A DNA stretch of 64,000 nt. It comes from Monocercomonoides exilis PA203 (taxonomy: Eukaryota > Protista > Preaxostyla). Numbering within the stretch: position 1 is the first letter of the stretch; every line of letters begins with the position of its first letter. The DNA is taken from positions 434,001-498,000 of the forward strand of contig LSRY02000004.1 in the NCBI GenBank assembly GCA_001643675.2, given 5' to 3'. The position numbers and the translations under genes are program-made. Of this stretch, positions 1 through 19,737 are shown piece by piece. The notes under the pieces were generated by a model that had not been told where the DNA came from, did no database searches, and saw only the letters and a list, made by a program, of their open reading frames with translations.

Positions 1-7162
<7,162 letters not shown>

Positions 7163-7378
7163 TTTTGAAACGTTGTTGGCCAATCAAAAAAAGAATTTTT
7201 AATATTTTTCGTTCATTGATCAAAAAAAAAAGTTTATGTTTTTTTAAATTAGCAAAGAAAAATGCTAACAAAAATTATCCAAATATCGTTTGACGAAAAA
7301 TTCTAAACAGTTTAAAAAAACATTGGATGTTAAAAGATCGAATTTCTTGCACTCATAATTCTATAGAAAAAAAACTTT

Positions 7379-9178
7379 ATGTCTTCCTGACAAATGAAGA
7401 TATCGATCAGTTTCAAAAAAAAATGTTAATTTTCTGCCATATGAAAGATCATATGTTCGGTTAATAACCATCATTTTGCAGGATTTTCTACAAATCCGAA
7501 AGCAATCCAAATATTGGAATTGTTGGTCCAAAATGAGACATGGAAGCTTCAAAAAGACATTCAAGAAACTGAACATGCAGATTTAATATCTATTGTTTTC
7601 ATAACTTCTGATCATCACCTTGTCCAAATTTTAATCAACTAAATCAAAAAGATCCAGTAGAAGCGGAATTGAAAGCGAGCAATCAGTCAAATGATGAGCG
7701 TCAAAGGGGCAGTTCTAAAGAATTATTTACTTTACTTGTGGATAGAATAAGTGAAGATGATAATCCTTTTCGCTCGATGTATGCCGCGATATTGTCGAAT
7801 ATCACAAGATATCCCGAGGTATTGAACTTGTTGTTTCACACAATAGGTGTTAGAAATGTCCCTACTAAAATGGAAGAGCACGATCCACGTTTTGATGCAG
7901 ATATATCAATTTTGAGACTTGTAAACTGTTTTTTGAAATCATCTCAATATGCCGAAGAGGTGAAAAACTCAAAAGAAATAAAGTACAATTAGGTGATATG
8001 TTGCACTGGGTTACATCGGAGCTGATGAGCATATCATAACTTCAGAGTGCAGAGCTGTTCTCCTTCAAAGACAGAAAAGCCAAATGTTTCTTTATCCACT
8101 TCTTCAACAGCTTCTGCAAGCCTTCCTCGTCCGATGCTTATTGGAAATTTGATTCCTTTTATAAGGCATATTGATTTAATGCGTTGCGAAGGAATTATGT
8201 GCGCAATGCGCAACTGTATGGTGGAAGGAAGCTAACTGTTAAGATTCTTTGGCTCCTCTGCAAATCCATTTAGTTCATAAACTTCTTCTCCAACAGAAAC
8301 ATCGAAAGAAAAAGTCGAGCACTCTGATTTTGATCTGATAGCTTCGCTTCTCCAGACGATAGCTGATGAAGATGGAGGATATTGATCAGGTGATCTCGAT
8401 GGATTGACTGACATTTTGTCTCAGAGACTGCCTCGCAACGCCTCCAAAGAGAAGATGAGAAAAATGACACAACAGCTTTCTTCCTCGTCAGATGGCACTG
8501 AAGCAAAAGGCAGTGCAGAATTCAAAGAGTATAAGTGGGGGGGTGGTCAGCGACGGAACAGGGTTGATTGGATGTGCAGGTAAAATGGTTGTTGCGGATT
8601 GAGCAATAAATGAGAGGCCGATAATCTCATCCTCTCCATATGAGCTGCACACAAGCAGTATGGATGAGATCAAGACAAAAGAGACGGACCCGTTCATCAG
8701 GAAAATGTGTGGGCAGGCGCTGCTGCTGGTTGTGCCATCGAAGGTGGGAAGGGAACGAGTGAAAGGATGTGGGTATGCGTATCCGATTATTCGCGAGTAT
8801 CACAAAAACGAGACAAATGACGAAGCATTTGAGGCATTTGCGCAAGTTGTTGATATGATTATCAGAGAAGAGGTGAAAGAAGAGAAGGAGGATGGGGCAA
8901 AAGGAGAAAGCAGTGGAGATGGAAAAGAATCAAAAGCAATCGAGTCTGATTCAAGCAGACTCGAAAGCAATTCTGAAAAATCGAATGAAGCTGGAGATGC
9001 GAAAAGTTCATCTTCGTCATCATCATCATCTTCTTCTTCTTCTTCGAGTGGCGAAATGGTTACTCATGTTGAAGAAGGAGGGATTGTGCAAAATTATGCA
9101 GTTGTTGCATCGAAAGAAAAAGAGTCCACTCCTTTGCAATTTATCCCATTTCCAAAAATTATATTATTATTTATTTAA
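7379..9178 (+). pseudogene. HGH1: HGH1/FAM203 (eEF2 co-chaperone) homolog, disrupted
   Basis: AAILSNITR, MRNC, DLIASLL and KETDPFIRKM...GRERVKGCGYAYPIIREYHKNETNDE...VVDMIIREE resemble DUF383/DUF384. In-frame stops at ~8037, 8233, 8278, 8384 and 8600 plus frameshifts. Confidence 0.7.
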
Positions 9179-10085
9179 TATTTTATTTATTTATTTATTT
9201 ATTCTTAAGCAAGTTTTGGTTTTACATAACTATTGTAATATTTCTCGTTTCAAAAAAACTATTTCAATTCAATGAATTACACTAAGAACTATTTGTAAAA
9301 GAATTTTTTCCTTTCAAAATGGCATTTTTAAAAAGTGAATCAATTGTTATAAAAAGGAAACTATCACAACCAGGACGAAGTTTAATATTGGAATTTTGTT
9401 CCACACAACACTTTCAAAAAATTTTCACTATTTTTAAATATTAATATGCATTTCAGTGTAAAAACTAAAAACCTTTAATGAAATTACTGTGAAAAATTTT
9501 GAAAAAATCAATGATTTTTTCGTTAATAGTAGAATTTAGCAATTTGAAAATAACATGAAAGAGATATCTGTTAATAGCAATAAATATGAAAAACAGCTCC
9601 AATGTATTTCGAACATGTGAACAAGAAGTTTTTAGCCAATAGTTATTTTATTCAAAGAATTTTCAAAATTACTGAAAAATAAAAATTCCTAACGTTTCAT
9701 CAGCAAACTCAAAAGCCGTTATTCTGCAAGAGCCACAGATGTTTGGAAAGAAAAGTTGTGATTAATGAAAATATATTATTATTATTATGAAAAATCTATT
9801 TTTCCCAAATTTTTTTGATCACTGAAAGAGCGTAATAAATATTTATCCAATTTCATTCCCTTTGTGAATTTATGAATTTGAATGACACAAAAATTAGAAC
9901 AGGTTTATTTTCATAAAAATATTATGCTACGAAGATTACAAACTTTTTATACTAAAAATTTGAATTTTTGAAACAAAATCATGCACGAAAAATTCAACAA
10001 CGAAATACATTTTTCTGCTTCATGAAAGACATTGGCTTCAGATGATTTTATAAGTGTGATCATTTTTTAATATTGATTTTTGTAT

Positions 10086-11448
10086 ATGAACTCTTCCTAT
10101 TTTAGAACACAAAAAACAATTTTTAGAAATATTATATGAACTTAAAGACCACTCTACTGAGAAAGAAATACTCCAAATTGAAGAAATAAAAAATCTAACT
10201 AACAAAATGAAGCGCACAGAAATATTTCACATTCTTTCAATTGAAACGTTTAATGAAATTAATAAAATGTTTGAAGAAAAGATAATGTTGATAGAAAAAG
10301 TAATTTTGTTGTTAAAGCACATGGGATGTTGTAAAGTATTGAAACAAATGTTTAGCGATTGCTTTGAAAAATCTTCATTGAGCAAAACATTTGAGAAGAT
10401 GATTATTGAAGAAGATCAGAAGAATGAAGAGAAAAACGAAAAGCTGCGAGCAGACCTTTGCGAATGCTATCTTATGGTTCGTGATAACTTCTTTTCATCA
10501 GATTTTGTTTCGAAATGCGTTCCTTGCATTCTAAAAATTGCGTTGAATAAAGAGGAAAGAGAAGAAACACGAAAAGAAGTGGAAATTGCTTTGGTGGCGT
10601 TGAGTAATATAGGGTATTGGGTGGTTTGATTTTATTTGAATTATTACATAACTTTTTTTTTGATACGTATTTGAATTAAAAAATAGAAAGTGGACGAGGA
10701 ATTATATTTGAATGAAATCAAAGAGATTATCAATTATCATCAGGAGCATAGACATCTGACACGACTTTCGTATTAATCAGCTTGGGAGTTTTTGATACAA
10801 AGATTTTACAAGAATAGAAGTTTAAAGATATTGATAGCAGATGAGTTGCATTTTGCTGAAGAAGCTTCAAGGGAATTGAAAGAAATTGGAGAGAATGTTG
10901 ATTGGAGAAAAAAGGGAAATTTTGTTGAAAATGGTAATAAATTGTTCACAATAAAAAGATGGGCACACAGTATAAAATCATATGTTTGCATTTGCTCACC
11001 AATTAAACTCGAATACACCGAGCTGTTTGCGTCCGTCATTCGGATGTGCAAGATTTCAAAGGATAACTATCATAAAATATTCAAAGAATATTTCCTGCTA
11101 ATTATAGAAATTGTTGCAACAGAAACAGTAAAAATTGATAATTTGCTTTTGTGTGAAGCTGTTGATCTCTTTTTGGACTTGATGCCTCAAGTTTCGAACA
11201 ACACACTGATCTCAGAAAATTGCATGAGATTCTTTATGTTTCTCTCAAAAGCATTGAGAAGAAAGTCAGATGAAGACTGCTCAGACACAATGCACAAACT
11301 ATTCAAAAGCGTCATATTTGAAAAATTGGAGGAGAATGGATATGATGATATGTTTTTGATGTATGTTGGGATGCTTGGCCAATCCTATTTTGTTGATGAT
11401 TTCAATCCAAACACAGTTAATTTTTTTGATTTTTATTTCTTCAAATGA
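10086..11448 (+). pseudogene. degenerate member of a lineage-expanded helical protein family (Monocercomonoides-type)
   Basis: Motifs LLKHMGCCKVLK, DLCECYL, CVPCILKIALNKEE..EVEIALVALSNI, YLNEIKEIINYHQEH..LTRLSY*SAWEFLI. One intron, a 5' frameshift near 10110 and an in-frame TAA near 10774. Family recognised from memory, not from a search. Confidence 0.6.
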
Positions 11449-11839
11449 ATTGAAAAAAATTTTTTTCTTATTCCTGTTTTTGGAAATACTTATCGGACAT
11501 TCTATTTATGTATGCATAATAAATTTGAACTGTTTTCATTAAAATACTTTCTTTTATTATGTTCAGCTGTGATACTTATAATTGTTGTTTTTTCCTTTTA
11601 TTTCACACAAAATTCGATGTTGATAAATGTGCAGCAATAAAGTTGAGATTGTTTTAAGTTTCCTTTTTCTTTCAAGTAAAATTCACAACTTATTTTTCAG
11701 CCGAATTTGCAGAGTTATTTTCATTATTTATTGCTTTTTGAATCAAAAATGAAAAATTACCAGTAATTTTTTTCGAGAACAAACTGTGGATTCTTCTTTC
11801 TTTTTTCAAGTTTAAACATGTACACACACATTTTTATTA

Positions 11840-11878
11840 CCATCGTTCAAAAACCCGGGAATTTTTCAAAAACCCGGA
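11840..11878 (+). repeat. left terminal inverted repeat
   Basis: CCATCGTTCAAAAACCCGGGAATTTTTCAAAAACCCGGA; contains the direct repeat TTCAAAAACCCGG twice. Confidence 0.95.
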
Positions 11879-12199
11879 TTTCAAGAAATAATGAAATCTG
11901 ATCATCTCTTTCAAAAGCATTTTCAACAACATATTTATTTTCCATAAAGTATCGATAGTAATTTCCCATCCAAATTTTGATCATTTTCCGTTAAAATTCA
12001 ATTCGCCTTGTTGAGAGAATCAATTTGAACTTTAACTCATTTCTCAATAAGAAATCAAAAAAAATCAACACCAGCATTTCCGTGAAGAACTTTTATTGTT
12101 CAATGAATACTTAACTATTGCATTTTTTTATTCACAAACAAAAAATCAATATTAATTCTCATATTTTTTTAATTATGATCAAAAATCAAACCCATATTA

Positions 12200-13490
12200 A
12201 TGGCTATTACAAAAGAATTGTCGTTATCAGAGCTTAGGAAAAAGTTGGCAACCTCCGAAATAAGAAGGTTAAAAACAACATCTCAAAAAATATTTGAACT
12301 GCGGAAGGATCATGTTATAACAAGAAAAGTGGCTGTAGATTCTGGCACCATATCAAATGGCTCATGGTACAGAGGAATAGCGGCAGAGAAGCAGAAAAGG
12401 CAGGCAGGAGTGAACGGAAGACCACCAATTATTACACAAGATTTAATAGAAAAAATTGAGAATCAAGTTATTGTTCTTCTTTCAAAAGGTGAAACAATTA
12501 GAGTGAAGGACGTGCACAAAATGGTTTTTGTTTTTTTTTATCAAGGAAATTAATTTTTCTAAGTATTTTTAGATTGTGGAGCATCTTGAGCAATCATTGC
12601 GTGACGAAGAAGAGATAAAAATTCCAGGTTTAACTGCGGCGTATTACACGATTCAAAGAAGCAGTGTTTTGAAATCAGCGCTTTCCAAACCTTTAGACTC
12701 AGCAAAAATATCTTCACAATCATCAAGTGCCATTCAAAAATGGTTCGAAGAACTTCATCAGATTGTAAATGACAATGATATGAGTGAATCAGGAATATTT
12801 AATTTCGACGAAACTTCACTCCATTTTGGAGACAATTCTTGCAAACTAGTGGTTTGTTTGCAAAATCAGAAACCCCCTTCTACCCCGTTACCAAAAAAAA
12901 CTTCAAACACAACTTTATGCCTTTGTGCATGCGCAGATGGCTCTTGTTTACCTTCTTATCTTCTTTGGCCAGCAAAAAAAACACCTTCAGAATTTCTCAC
13001 ACTTTCATCATTCAATATCAACTATATATTTACTTCATCTGGCTGGATCACAACAAAAATCTTCGAAAAAATAATGTGCGAAAACTGGCTAATTCAAATT
13101 GAAGAAAAAATGAAAAAAGGAGGAATAAAATCGTCGTTATTTCAAATGGATAATCATTCATCACACTGTAGTGAAGCCGTTGAAATTTTTGCAAAAAAAA
13201 GAAACATCATTATCAAGAAATTTCCACCAAATTTAACTCACTTGCTTCAACCGTGCGATAACTCAATATTTGCAAGGTTCAAAAAAACGTACAACAACAA
13301 CTTCAAAACTTCATCTGATCGTTCTGCTTCTGCATTTCGCTCCGCTGTTTTTGACATCCTCCCAGAAGCACTTTCTGCAGCCACAACTCCATCAAATATA
13401 AAACATGCATTCAGGCAGACGGGCGTTTGGCCGGTCAAAGCTGCTCCTGTATTGGAAAGAATAAGCGGGGAACCAGAAAGAAACAAATAA
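12200..13490 (+). CDS. DD35D transposase, two exons
   Basis: Exons 12200-12523 and 12573-13490 joined by a phase-0 GT-AG intron of 49 nt. Triad FNFDETS / QMDNHSSH / THLLQPCD with 35 residues between the last two Asp; SGW motif present. Confidence 0.9.
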
Positions 13491-14343
13491 TTTTGTGTTA
13501 AAGAAAACAAAGAACGATTATATAGAATCATTTTTTCCAAAGAAAAAGAAATATGAAGAAAAAGCTATTGGGAACAAGAAAACTGATAAATAAATAGACT
13601 TAATAATTGAGAATGGAAAAGATGAAGAAAGAAAAAAAACTTCAGCAATCAGTGATGTGTCAATATTGATGAAGAAGAAAAAGAAACGAACTAGAAATGA
13701 ATTTTTGAAATTGATGAGAAATGAAGAAAAGGATGAGATGGCTATGATGAATATATCAAAAAAAGAAAATAGAAATAAAAGCGAAAAGAAATTTTGGAGA
13801 AAATGTTTGAGGATTGAGTACAATGACGATGAAAGTGATGATGAAAATGCGAAGACGATTTGAAGCAAGATCTTTTAATAATAACGCTTTTCATTGTGAA
13901 ATTTGTAGTTTGATATTCGATAAATCCAGATAAATTGCATTTCATCTTTTTGAAAAATTAAAAGGTTTGATTCTTTTATTAGAATTCCATTTGTTTCCTC
14001 ATTTCATCAGACGCTATCGAATATTAGAATATTATCACAATTATAGGATTTTGTTGGAAAAAGCAAATGAAAATAGAAACAAATGATTTCATTCGTTGTG
14101 AATTATTCGTAAGAATAAATATTGATAAAACAAGTTTTAAGAAATAATTTTTGAAATATGCAATTCACAATAACTGAAAGAATAACAAAATAATTTTTGA
14201 AAAACATATATTTCTTTCTTAAAGAATGAACAATTCTTTCATTAACATATGAATTATCAACAGCTTGAACATCATTTAATTGTTGAATGCGTGTGAAAGT
14301 TAAATATCAAGAACGATTGAATGATCTTTCAATATGATGGATG

Positions 14344-14382
14344 TCCGGGTTTTTGAAAAATTCCCGGGTTTTTGAACGATGG
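14344..14382 (-). repeat. right terminal inverted repeat
   Basis: Exact reverse complement of 11840-11878. Confidence 0.95.
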
Positions 14383-14596
14383 TAATTTGGTTTCTGTTTC
14401 TGAGTGTAATAACCAAAGAAACTCATATTTTTATTATTTCTATTTTGCAATCAGAAATATATTAATGTATTTGCATACAAAAAAAATTCGTCGAAAAATT
14501 TTGAACTAATTAAAAATGTTAAGGGCATTTTCCAAAAATTAAACGTAAAATAATTGTGTATTTCAAGTATTTTCCAAAAAAGTGCATTTTGACAAT

Positions 14597-17500
14597 ATGT
14601 CGAAAGTATATGATGCATCATTTAATCATTCTAATACCTCTATAACTAAACGTAAATCATATAAGCCACTTAGATCTTTATCTCCAACTCCAACGCGCGT
14701 AACATCGACATCAGAAATAAAAAGCGCATCACTCATTCGTTCTCGTACTCCTCCTTCATCGTTTTCAAAAATTGATTTTTCTTTTCGTCCTTTGAGCATT
14801 ACGAATGAACGAAAGTCATTTTTTGATGATAATTCACGTTATTCATTGTCTCGCTCTTTTGAATTTCAAAAACAAACAAGAGGACGAAAATTTAAAAATG
14901 GAGATGCAATTCATAATTCGTTTGACATTAGTTCAATTTCGCAATCGTTTCAAAAAGAATCAACGACTGAAAAAGAATTATCCAGGAATTCAAAGCAGAC
15001 ATTTAACAAAAATGACCAACATGAGCATACACATTCCTTTGAAGAATTGCTTCAAGAAAAATTGAATCCAACTCAAAAACTTTTTATTAACAATCCAAAA
15101 CTCTCAAAAAAGCGTTTGTCAAACAATGACAGTGCTCATAATTTTGAAATTTTTGATTCACAAAATGATGCGTTAATAGAAACAAGTCGAACTGTTACAT
15201 CTATATCCACACCAAGAAGTCATCTGAAAGTATCTCCCACAGATCTTGAAGAATTTAGCACCACTGATCAACGCAAAAATGATTTTGAAATGAGGCCAAC
15301 AAAAAATTTAAAAAGTCAATCGAAGCATAAAGCCGTCCCGTTAATACGTTCATTTTCCACATCTGCATTGTACGCATCTGGATCTGCAAAGCGTATGTCA
15401 AATGATGATGAAAGCAAAAACAAACAAGAAAGGGTAGCTTCCTCAAAATCATTCATTGATCGATTGAACCAAACTCATTCGATGACTCCAACATCAAAAA
15501 GCACGCGAAAGTTGCTCCATACTTCAACAGATGACAAGCAGGATGCGATATCTTCATCCTTGCCTTTCATGCAAACAAAAGATGGACTGCAAAAAAGAGA
15601 AGGTAAAAGGAATGAAGAGCTCAATTACAATGAGATAAATTCTAAGCACAGAGAACAAAAAGATCTAATTGCAAACACGAAGACAGAAGAAAACGATAAG
15701 AAGCTCCATTTTTCATCTGGTTCAACGGAAGGAAGCAGCAGAGCCTTTGAGCTGAGTGCGAATGAGCAGTTCAAAAAGACTTCATCACGCGCAAAAAGCC
15801 CATCACGTGTGCAGTTCATGTTAGACTCATCGCTTTCTGCTGATTCTTTGGCAGGCACCACTCCTTCAACGACGGCAACAGCCACGACAAACTCCTCCTT
15901 TTCCTCTTCTCCTTCGTATCGCTCATTTCACATCTCAGAGGCATCATCATCAACAACAACATCAACAGCATCTTCTTCTTCTGCAACATTATCTTCCACT
16001 TCAGCCGCTTCACATTCCACTTCGTCTGTATCTCCCTCAACTCCCACGGCTGCTCTCAACAAACACAAAGCAAATGCATCTCATCCATCAACCATTTCAC
16101 ACCCGTCGCATTTGGGCATCTTCTCCACTCCACTTTTGTCCACCACATCTTCTTTCTCGCTCCGCAAACAAACAACTCCTTCTTCTCAGTCTTCAATTCA
16201 TCGCTCACATAAAATGTCTCCAATGGCATCCGCCTCATCATCATCGTCTTCTTCTTCTGCTTCTGCAAACTCTTCATCTTCGCGTGGTGCTTCTCCCACA
16301 CCAACACCAACATCTTCTTCCTCTTCTTTTTCTTCCTCTTCTTCAGCTCTCCTCACTCCAACGCCAAACTCCACATCTACACCTTTGACTAGTTCTCATT
16401 TGACTGCACAATCTGTCTTGTCTACGCCATCATCATCGCCTTTTTCCTTGTCATTAACCTTCACCCCGTCTTCTTCTTCTTCTTCTTCTTCTTCTTCTTC
16501 TTCTTCTTCTTCTTCTCTGCTGTCTTCCTCATTACGCTCTTCTCATTCTTTGAACAGTTCTGCACTTTCCACTTCATCCTTGCTTTCTTCATCGCAGCCA
16601 CTCCCAACAGCCGAAGAGCTTCTAAACAGCATCCGCAAGCGCGTTCAGGAGAAGCTCGAGAAAAGCAAGCAAAATGCTGCCAAGCCAAAAAAGCAAGAAA
16701 ATGATGAGTATTTGAAGGAATCTCAGAGTAATGGTGTCACATTCAAGGAGATTAATAGCCATTCAAATGAGATTGGAGCAGGAGAAAACGACTTTTCATC
16801 AACAATCAAGAAAAAAGGCGAAAATTTTCATGGAACAAAACAGAAAAAGGAGCTTCGTAGCTTGTTGAGTTTTGAAAAGGAAAATAGAAAAGAACAGAGA
16901 ATTGCATATGAGTCATTTGATGACGAGCCAGTAACACCAAAAGGAACAGACGAGGATGAAGAAATCATCTTAACTCCGAAGCGCCAAGAGCATCCTTCTG
17001 CGAGAGGCAGAAAAGGAGACAGAGGAACAGCAGAAGTTCGAAATTCGCCAAGTCGGAAAAGCCCAAGCAAGCGAAATGCTCGAAAGGACAATAGTGAGAA
17101 AAGAATTGAGATGACTGAAGAAGAAAACGATGATGATTGGCTGGAAAGAATGCTTAGAGAGCGAGAGAAAGACAAGAAAGAGGAGCAAAATGCAGCGAAG
17201 AAAAAGAAGGAAAGCAAAGCGAGCAAATCGCCAGCCAAAAAAGTGAAGGAGCAAACGCGCAAAATGAAAGAAGAGCGAATAGAAGATGACAACAAGAATT
17301 CGCTCTTTCATGCAAACAAAGAAGAAGAGGAAGCAAATAATTATAACAATTACATTGACGATGATGGTGAGGCAGACGAGGAAGATGCAGAAAATGCAAC
17401 AGGTTTCTTTTCGAATCCTCGCCTAATGATATCTCCTTCTCTGGTGTCTGAAAAGGAAAAGAGGAAAGATGCTACAGAAGTCAAGTCTTCAACAGCGAAA

Positions 17501-19303
17501 AACGCATTTAATCTCAAAACAGGATCTGAACGAGCAGAAGGAATGAACAAGAAGACAGAAGAGAGAAAGAGTAAAAAGGAAAAAAATGATGATGTTTTGG
17601 AAGATGATCTCTTTGATGAGATTGTCATTTCTGAGATAACGAACGATACAAAAGATGAAGTCAATACGCAAAAGCTTAATTCGAGCCCTGTCAGAGAAGA
17701 GAAGAACAAGTTTTCAGAATTAGCAGACAAACAAAAACTTCAGAAAATTCGTGCAGAATCCCCAAAGAAGAAGCAGAAGAAGATGAACGAACAAGGAGCA
17801 ATATCTTCTCAAGCACCGAATTCATCATCATCATCATCTTCTTCTTCTTCTTCTTCCGCTTCACTCATTATACCCTCACTTAACATGTCTCAACTTCCCA
17901 CAGTCTCCTCATTTGGATCTCCTCTCAAAAACACTCCTGCATCCAAAGCATTTCTTTCTCCAGAAGAAGACGCTCTGTCTGCCTCTCCTCCTCTTCACAT
18001 TCGCGAGCCTCCTTCTCATTCTCCTCCGAACTTCCATCCATTTCCTGTCACTTCCAACAACCAGCTGCTGCCCAAAGCGCCTCTTCAGCCACAGACAGAA
18101 ACACTAAAAAGCGAAGCACAAAGCAGAAATGCAGCTCAGAACGAACACACAGCTGACTCTGTTTCTCCGCTTTCTTCTCCTCCTCATTCTTCCACATCGC
18201 TCAATTCATCGTTTCATTCATCTCACACACAACAATCGTCATCAACACCAACACCAACAACATCTTCACCACAGTCATCACCACCTCCATCTCAGTTACC
18301 TTCTTCTTCTTCTTCTTCTTCTCAGTTTTCCCATTCAACGCTCTTATCTCACTACAGCTCGCCTTTTGCCTTCGACTATCTTCCGCCCGCCTCTCCTCGC
18401 TCGCCTCGCTCACCTCGTTCACCTCGCTCTCCACCTCAGCAGACATCTCCTCTCTTTTCATTCCACACACCCTCTTCAACTTCTCACGCTGATTGTACCT
18501 CAACTGCCACACAGCCCATTTCACTCTCACAGTCATCGCCTCTTTCTGCTGATGGATTCACATCTCCAACGACACATCACTCGCATAATGGCTCCACTTC
18601 TCCCGCGTCTCCCCTTTCACCCAGATCGCCTAGATCACCCCAATCACCCCAGTCACCCCAATCACCAAGATCACCCAGATCGCCTGGCACGCCAAAGTCG
18701 CCTCCGAAAGAGCTGACTCTGGCGCATGTGGAGATTATGACACACGCCGGAATGATCGGCTGGGCAGTCGCCCCGCAGACAGACGAGGCAGCCATTGACG
18801 CGCTGATGCAGGAAAGCATTCGGAAAATCATGTTTGGGGAAGAAATATGTGTTGTCAGTGAAGTCGATGAAGATGGGCAAGAAGAAGAAGAAGAAGAAGA
18901 AGACATGTTTGATGATTATCTCAAAGAACAAAGGGCTTCCATAAGAACAGAATCGTCTTCCCAGTCTGAAATGCCCAGAAGCGAAGAAAAAGTGGAAATG
19001 TGCCGCCAGACGAAGTTACTGCTTGGAGAAGACAGAACAGAATCAATTGAGAAAAATTCATTAAAGCAAAGTAATAAGCATGCAATTGAAAGATTGTCTT
19101 TGACTGGGACTGAACACAACGAAAAGACTCGCTTTTCTCCGACCGTTTCAGACACGAAAGAATCGTCTACGAGCAGCCGCAAAAGTTTGAGTGCAAATTC
19201 TGAGTCTAATGCATCATCAGACCAACTGCTGCAGAAACTATCAGAAAGAATTGAATTGTACAAGAAAACTTATTTGTATGCAATCACTTTGAGTAAATTT
19301 TGA
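14597..19303 (+). CDS. large Ser/Pro-rich, mostly disordered hypothetical protein (~1,570 aa)
   Basis: 4.7-kb uninterrupted ORF with poly-Ser, charged segments and SPR/SPQ arrays; no family recognised. Confidence 0.8.
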   Translation: MSKVYDASFNHSNTSITKRKSYKPLRSLSPTPTRVTSTSEIKSASLIRSRTPPSSFSKIDFSFRPLSITNERKSFFDDNSRYSLSRSFEFQKQTRGRKFKNGDAIHNSFDISSISQSFQKESTTEKELSRNSKQTFNKNDQHEHTHSFEELLQEKLNPTQKLFINNPKLSKKRLSNNDSAHNFEIFDSQNDALIETSRTVTSISTPRSHLKVSPTDLEEFSTTDQRKNDFEMRPTKNLKSQSKHKAVPLIRSFSTSALYASGSAKRMSNDDESKNKQERVASSKSFIDRLNQTHSMTPTSKSTRKLLHTSTDDKQDAISSSLPFMQTKDGLQKREGKRNEELNYNEINSKHREQKDLIANTKTEENDKKLHFSSGSTEGSSRAFELSANEQFKKTSSRAKSPSRVQFMLDSSLSADSLAGTTPSTTATATTNSSFSSSPSYRSFHISEASSSTTTSTASSSSATLSSTSAASHSTSSVSPSTPTAALNKHKANASHPSTISHPSHLGIFSTPLLSTTSSFSLRKQTTPSSQSSIHRSHKMSPMASASSSSSSSSASANSSSSRGASPTPTPTSSSSSFSSSSSALLTPTPNSTSTPLTSSHLTAQSVLSTPSSSPFSLSLTFTPSSSSSSSSSSSSSSSSLLSSSLRSSHSLNSSALSTSSLLSSSQPLPTAEELLNSIRKRVQEKLEKSKQNAAKPKKQENDEYLKESQSNGVTFKEINSHSNEIGAGENDFSSTIKKKGENFHGTKQKKELRSLLSFEKENRKEQRIAYESFDDEPVTPKGTDEDEEIILTPKRQEHPSARGRKGDRGTAEVRNSPSRKSPSKRNARKDNSEKRIEMTEEENDDDWLERMLREREKDKKEEQNAAKKKKESKASKSPAKKVKEQTRKMKEERIEDDNKNSLFHANKEEEEANNYNNYIDDDGEADEEDAENATGFFSNPRLMISPSLVSEKEKRKDATEVKSSTAKNAFNLKTGSERAEGMNKKTEERKSKKEKNDDVLEDDLFDEIVISEITNDTKDEVNTQKLNSSPVREEKNKFSELADKQKLQKIRAESPKKKQKKMNEQGAISSQAPNSSSSSSSSSSSSASLIIPSLNMSQLPTVSSFGSPLKNTPASKAFLSPEEDALSASPPLHIREPPSHSPPNFHPFPVTSNNQLLPKAPLQPQTETLKSEAQSRNAAQNEHTADSVSPLSSPPHSSTSLNSSFHSSHTQQSSSTPTPTTSSPQSSPPPSQLPSSSSSSSQFSHSTLLSHYSSPFAFDYLPPASPRSPRSPRSPRSPPQQTSPLFSFHTPSSTSHADCTSTATQPISLSQSSPLSADGFTSPTTHHSHNGSTSPASPLSPRSPRSPQSPQSPQSPRSPRSPGTPKSPPKELTLAHVEIMTHAGMIGWAVAPQTDEAAIDALMQESIRKIMFGEEICVVSEVDEDGQEEEEEEEDMFDDYLKEQRASIRTESSSQSEMPRSEEKVEMCRQTKLLLGEDRTESIEKNSLKQSNKHAIERLSLTGTEHNEKTRFSPTVSDTKESSTSSRKSLSANSESNASSDQLLQKLSERIELYKKTYLYAITLSKF

Positions 19304-19737
19304 ATATCAATTAACTTATTATTATTGATTTTCTTTTTTAAAACTTGCTCTATGCATTTGGCTTCAGGAAAAGAGGATAGGTAATTTACATCGACTTGAG
19401 AAAACTTTTCCTTATCATTTCCCCTCAAAGTGTTTCTTCCAAACTGATGCCAATTCAATTGTTCCCCAAATCCTCATTATGCTTTTTATGTTTCCATTTA
19501 ATTTTTTAGCAGGAAACTTTTCAAAGATTTCAAGGAACTTGAATATTTGTAATATTCCAATTATTAGTTTTGTTTGACAACTTTTCAGATTTCAGTTGGA
19601 TGTGATTAGTCATCCTAAATATTACGCGTTTAGTTGTGCATTTTGCTAATCTACAACTTCCTCATATATTTCTCATTTTTCTCAGGGTTTTGTATTATTT
19701 TTTGCATTTGAATAATCTGTAGCTTTCGAAAAATATA

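Larger units (their letters stand above)
11840..14382 (+). mobile_element. full-length pogo/Fot1-type DNA transposon (Tc1/mariner-pogo group)
   Basis: Perfect 39-bp TIRs at 11840-11878 and 14344-14382, TA on both flanks (11838-11839, 14383-14384), internal DDE_1 transposase. Confidence 0.95.

Noticed and set aside
8030-10780. Genome-wide TAA/TAG=Gln reassignment suggested by TAA at likely Gln positions
   Set aside because: ORFs of 4166, 1850 and 1573 codons contain no in-frame TAR. QTRT1 and Grx end in TAA and the permease in TAG. The affected genes also have frameshifts, so they are pseudogenes.
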